Below, one piece after another: positions 61,827 through 64,000 of a stretch of DNA of 64,000 nucleotides. Positions within the stretch are counted from its first letter, which is position 1; each line of letters starts with the position of its first letter. Position numbers and translations under genes: made by a program. The stretch is from Pseudomonadota bacterium (GTDB lineage Bacteria > Pseudomonadota > Gammaproteobacteria > JAKAQQ01), in NCBI GenBank assembly GCA_021839245.1, contig JAKCBQ010000005.1:4043-68042 (forward strand). Reading direction: 5' to 3'. The notes below the pieces were generated by a model. The model did no database searches. It was given only the letters and a program-made list of their open reading frames with translations, and was not told the DNA's origin.

Positions 61827-64000
61827 AGTGGTTCGGCCTCGCTCGGGTGATAGCGATGCGCGGCGGCCCGAAGTCGTTCCGCTCGTGTGCGCTCGTTGAC
61901 CGGCAGCACGACAGCGATGCGCGCGCCGCCTTCTGCTCGGTTGCTCAGAAGGGTATGCCCACCGTGCTCCTCGATGATTTTCTTGGTGATGGCGAGTCCG
62001 AGCCCTGTCCCTCGTGGTTTGCTCGTGGTGTAGGGCTCAAAAGCGTGTTCAAGCATGACCGGACTGAAGCCCGGCCCGTTGTCTTCGACGAGGAGTTCGG
62101 CATCGCCCTGCACGAGATCGTAACGGACACGGAGCAGGACCTGCCCGTTCGCTTGGGCGTAAAGTGCTTCAAGAGCGTTGCGGAGGAGATTGTGGAGAAC
62201 CTGGCGTATCCGCTCTTCGTCGGCTTCGATCAGTGGCGCCGGCTCGGCAAGATCGGTGACGATCTCGATGCGCGGGTAGCGGCCTCGGTAGAGATCGGCG
62301 ACTTCGGCGGTGAGAGCGCTCAGATCGAAGCGGGTGAACCTGAGATCGGGAGCACGTGCGTAATCACCGAAAGCCCGAACCATGTTCTGCAGGGCTTCGA
62401 CTTGCCGGACGATGGTCTCGACGGCGTGCTGTAACCAGGCTCGGTCGTTCTCGCTCAGGCGGTCGAAGAAGCGATGGCCGATCCGTTCGGCGGTGAGCTG
62501 AATGGGGGTCAGGGGGTTGCGGATTTCGTGCGCCATACGTCGCGCGACCTCCCCCCACGCCGCATCGTGCTGGGCTTCCAAGAGATCGGTGAGATCTTCG
62601 AACACCACGGCACCGCCGCGTCCAATGCCCGGAAGCTCCGGGAGCGCGGTCACGCGGGCCACCACGACGCGCCGTCGCCGTCCCCCGCCCAGCACAATCT
62701 CGCGGCGGATCTCTTCCCGACTTGCGGGAAGGAGCTCGTCGACGGTGGCAAAAAAATCTTCGAGAGCAGGATGGGCGGCACGCAGCGCACCCACATCCCG
62801 GCCGACGTCCTGTTCACGATTGAGCCCAAGGAGACGTCGTGCGGCTTCGTTGGCGAGTTCGAGTACACGCTGTTCGTCGAAGACCAGGACGCCCGCCGAG
62901 AGGTGTGCCAGCACCGTTTCGAGAAGAGCCCGCTCGCGCTCCTCGCGTTGGCGGTGCTCTTCCGCGGTTCGTTGCGCTGTCTCGAGGCGTCCGATCATGC
63001 GGTTGAACGGACGCTTGAGAGGGCCAAAATCGTCGCCGGTCGTTTCGAGGCGAACGTCCAGTCGCCCTTCGGCCACCGCGCCGATCGCCCCGACCAGCTC
63101 GTCGACCGGGGCGACAATGCGTCGGGCGAAATAAAGCGCGCTGGTCACCAGGGCGAGAACCCCTAGGAGAGCCACGAGAATGAGGGTCAGGATGAGACTC
63201 CAAGTGAGCGGTCGGCGGAGGAGTGTGAGTTCTTCGTAGCGCGCGTAGGCCCTCTCGACCTGCCGTGCGGTTCGTGTTTCGTGTCCCGAGACAGGGAACA
63301 CGGCTTCGAGAACGAGCGGTCTCGCAAAGGGATCGGAGGTGGGCACGGGCACAACGGCGCGAACGGTGTAGCGGTGGCCTTGGCCCGGAGACAGAACCAC
63401 GTTTGTGGAGGCGTGGGCGGCCTCTTCCAGCGCGGCCCGGGATGGCGTGGGCGGCAAGAGCAGGAAAGGAAACGCCGAGTCCATTGCAACGATGCGCCCG
63501 TTGCTGTCGAGGAGAACGACGTCGAGGGCGTGCGACTGGGAACGGAGGCGCCCCAAGAGAAACGGCCATGCGGGCGGCGCCGCGAGGGAGAGATTTCGGG
63601 CCAGCCGGCGTGTGATGTGAAGATCTTTTTTCAGGGTGTCGTCGATAGCCCCTCGGCTTAGCGCGACCGCCGTGTGGACGACGCGTGCGACCGGGGGGGC
63701 GTACCAGGACCGAATGCTGTTGCGGATGAACACCGCGGCGAATGCGCAGATGAGCACGATCGGAATCAGGGCAAGGCCGACGAACGTCCGCACCATGCGT
63801 CGTATGAGGTTCCATCCGGGTTCCCGTCTCGGGTAGATCCGCCCGAGATGGATGATCTGCACGGCGATCAGGCTCAACAGTCCCGTGGTCCCGAACACGA
63901 CGAGCACGAGAAGAGGAACGTCGAGCTTACCGAAAAGGCCGGGATTTTCGGTGGTTGAAGCCAGGAGAACGAACGTGCAAAAGACAGCCAGAAGCGTCGC
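61823..64000 (-). CDS. ntrY: NtrY-like sensor histidine kinase (N-terminus probably continues beyond the window edge)
   Basis: TM helices, HAMP, PAS, HisKA H-box HEIRNPLTPI, HATPase_c. The frame stays open from 63907 to 64000 with no start codon, so the true start may lie outside the window. Confidence 0.78.
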   Translation of the reverse strand, partial: ATLLAVFCTFVLLASTTENPGLFGKLDVPLLVLVVFGTTGLLSLIAVQIIHLGRIYPRREPGWNLIRRMVRTFVGLALIPIVLICAFAAVFIRNSIRSWYAPPVARVVHTAVALSRGAIDDTLKKDLHITRRLARNLSLAAPPAWPFLLGRLRSQSHALDVVLLDSNGRIVAMDSAFPFLLLPPTPSRAALEEAAHASTNVVLSPGQGHRYTVRAVVPVPTSDPFARPLVLEAVFPVSGHETRTARQVERAYARYEELTLLRRPLTWSLILTLILVALLGVLALVTSALYFARRIVAPVDELVGAIGAVAEGRLDVRLETTGDDFGPLKRPFNRMIGRLETAQRTAEEHRQREERERALLETVLAHLSAGVLVFDEQRVLELANEAARRLLGLNREQDVGRDVGALRAAHPALEDFFATVDELLPASREEIRREIVLGGGRRRRVVVARVTALPELPGIGRGGAVVFEDLTDLLEAQHDAAWGEVARRMAHEIRNPLTPIQLTAERIGHRFFDRLSENDRAWLQHAVETIVRQVEALQNMVRAFGDYARAPDLRFTRFDLSALTAEVADLYRGRYPRIEIVTDLAEPAPLIEADEERIRQVLHNLLRNALEALYAQANGQVLLRVRYDLVQGDAELLVEDNGPGFSPVMLEHAFEPYTTSKPRGTGLGLAITKKIIEEHGGHTLLSNRAEGGARIAVVLPVNERTRAERLRAAAHRYHPSEAEPL

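Overview
This 64-kb, high-GC (about 65-68%) gammaproteobacterial window contains the chromosomal replication-origin neighbourhood, with Pseudomonas-like synteny. Everything below is read by eye from the sequence and the supplied ORF track. No database search was run, so family assignments rest on remembered motifs and alignments.

Gene order: glyS (3' end), gmhB, plsC, then gyrB-recF-dnaN-dnaA on the minus strand, then rpmH-rnpA-yidD-yidC-mnmE-mnmG. A roughly 9-kb insertion follows: MBL-fold hydrolase, acuI, prpBCD, a novel 361-aa protein, a DUF3617-like protein and an Omp85-family barrel. The conserved block then resumes with rsmG-parAB, atpIBEFHAGDC, glmU and glmS. Downstream lie fadE, a PlsC-type acyltransferase, cysQ, a minus-strand cluster (chalcone-isomerase-like, queD, small OMP, HNH endonuclease) and pntAA-pntAB-pntB. 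After tRNA-Ser(CGA) comes a complete Trb-type (MPF-T) type IV secretion cluster, trbBCDEJLFGI plus a TraG/VirD4 coupling protein, read co-directionally from mntH-usp. I saw no relaxase, integrase or transposase in the window. The window ends with folE and an NtrY/NtrX two-component pair.

Most notable observations:
- A roughly 3.5-kb low-GC (about 45-50%) mosaic segment covers the dnaA 3' part, dnaN and recF.
- DnaA boxes cluster in the dnaA-dnaN intergenic region rather than between rpmH and dnaA.
- The relaxase-less T4SS is fused to a Mn-transporter operon.
- An uncharacterised gene is translationally coupled to prpD.
- An HlyD/EmrA-type gene remnant is present.
- The NtrX homologue lacks GAFTGA and carries a Walker-A lysine-to-arginine change.

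No CRISPR array, IS element or prophage was seen.
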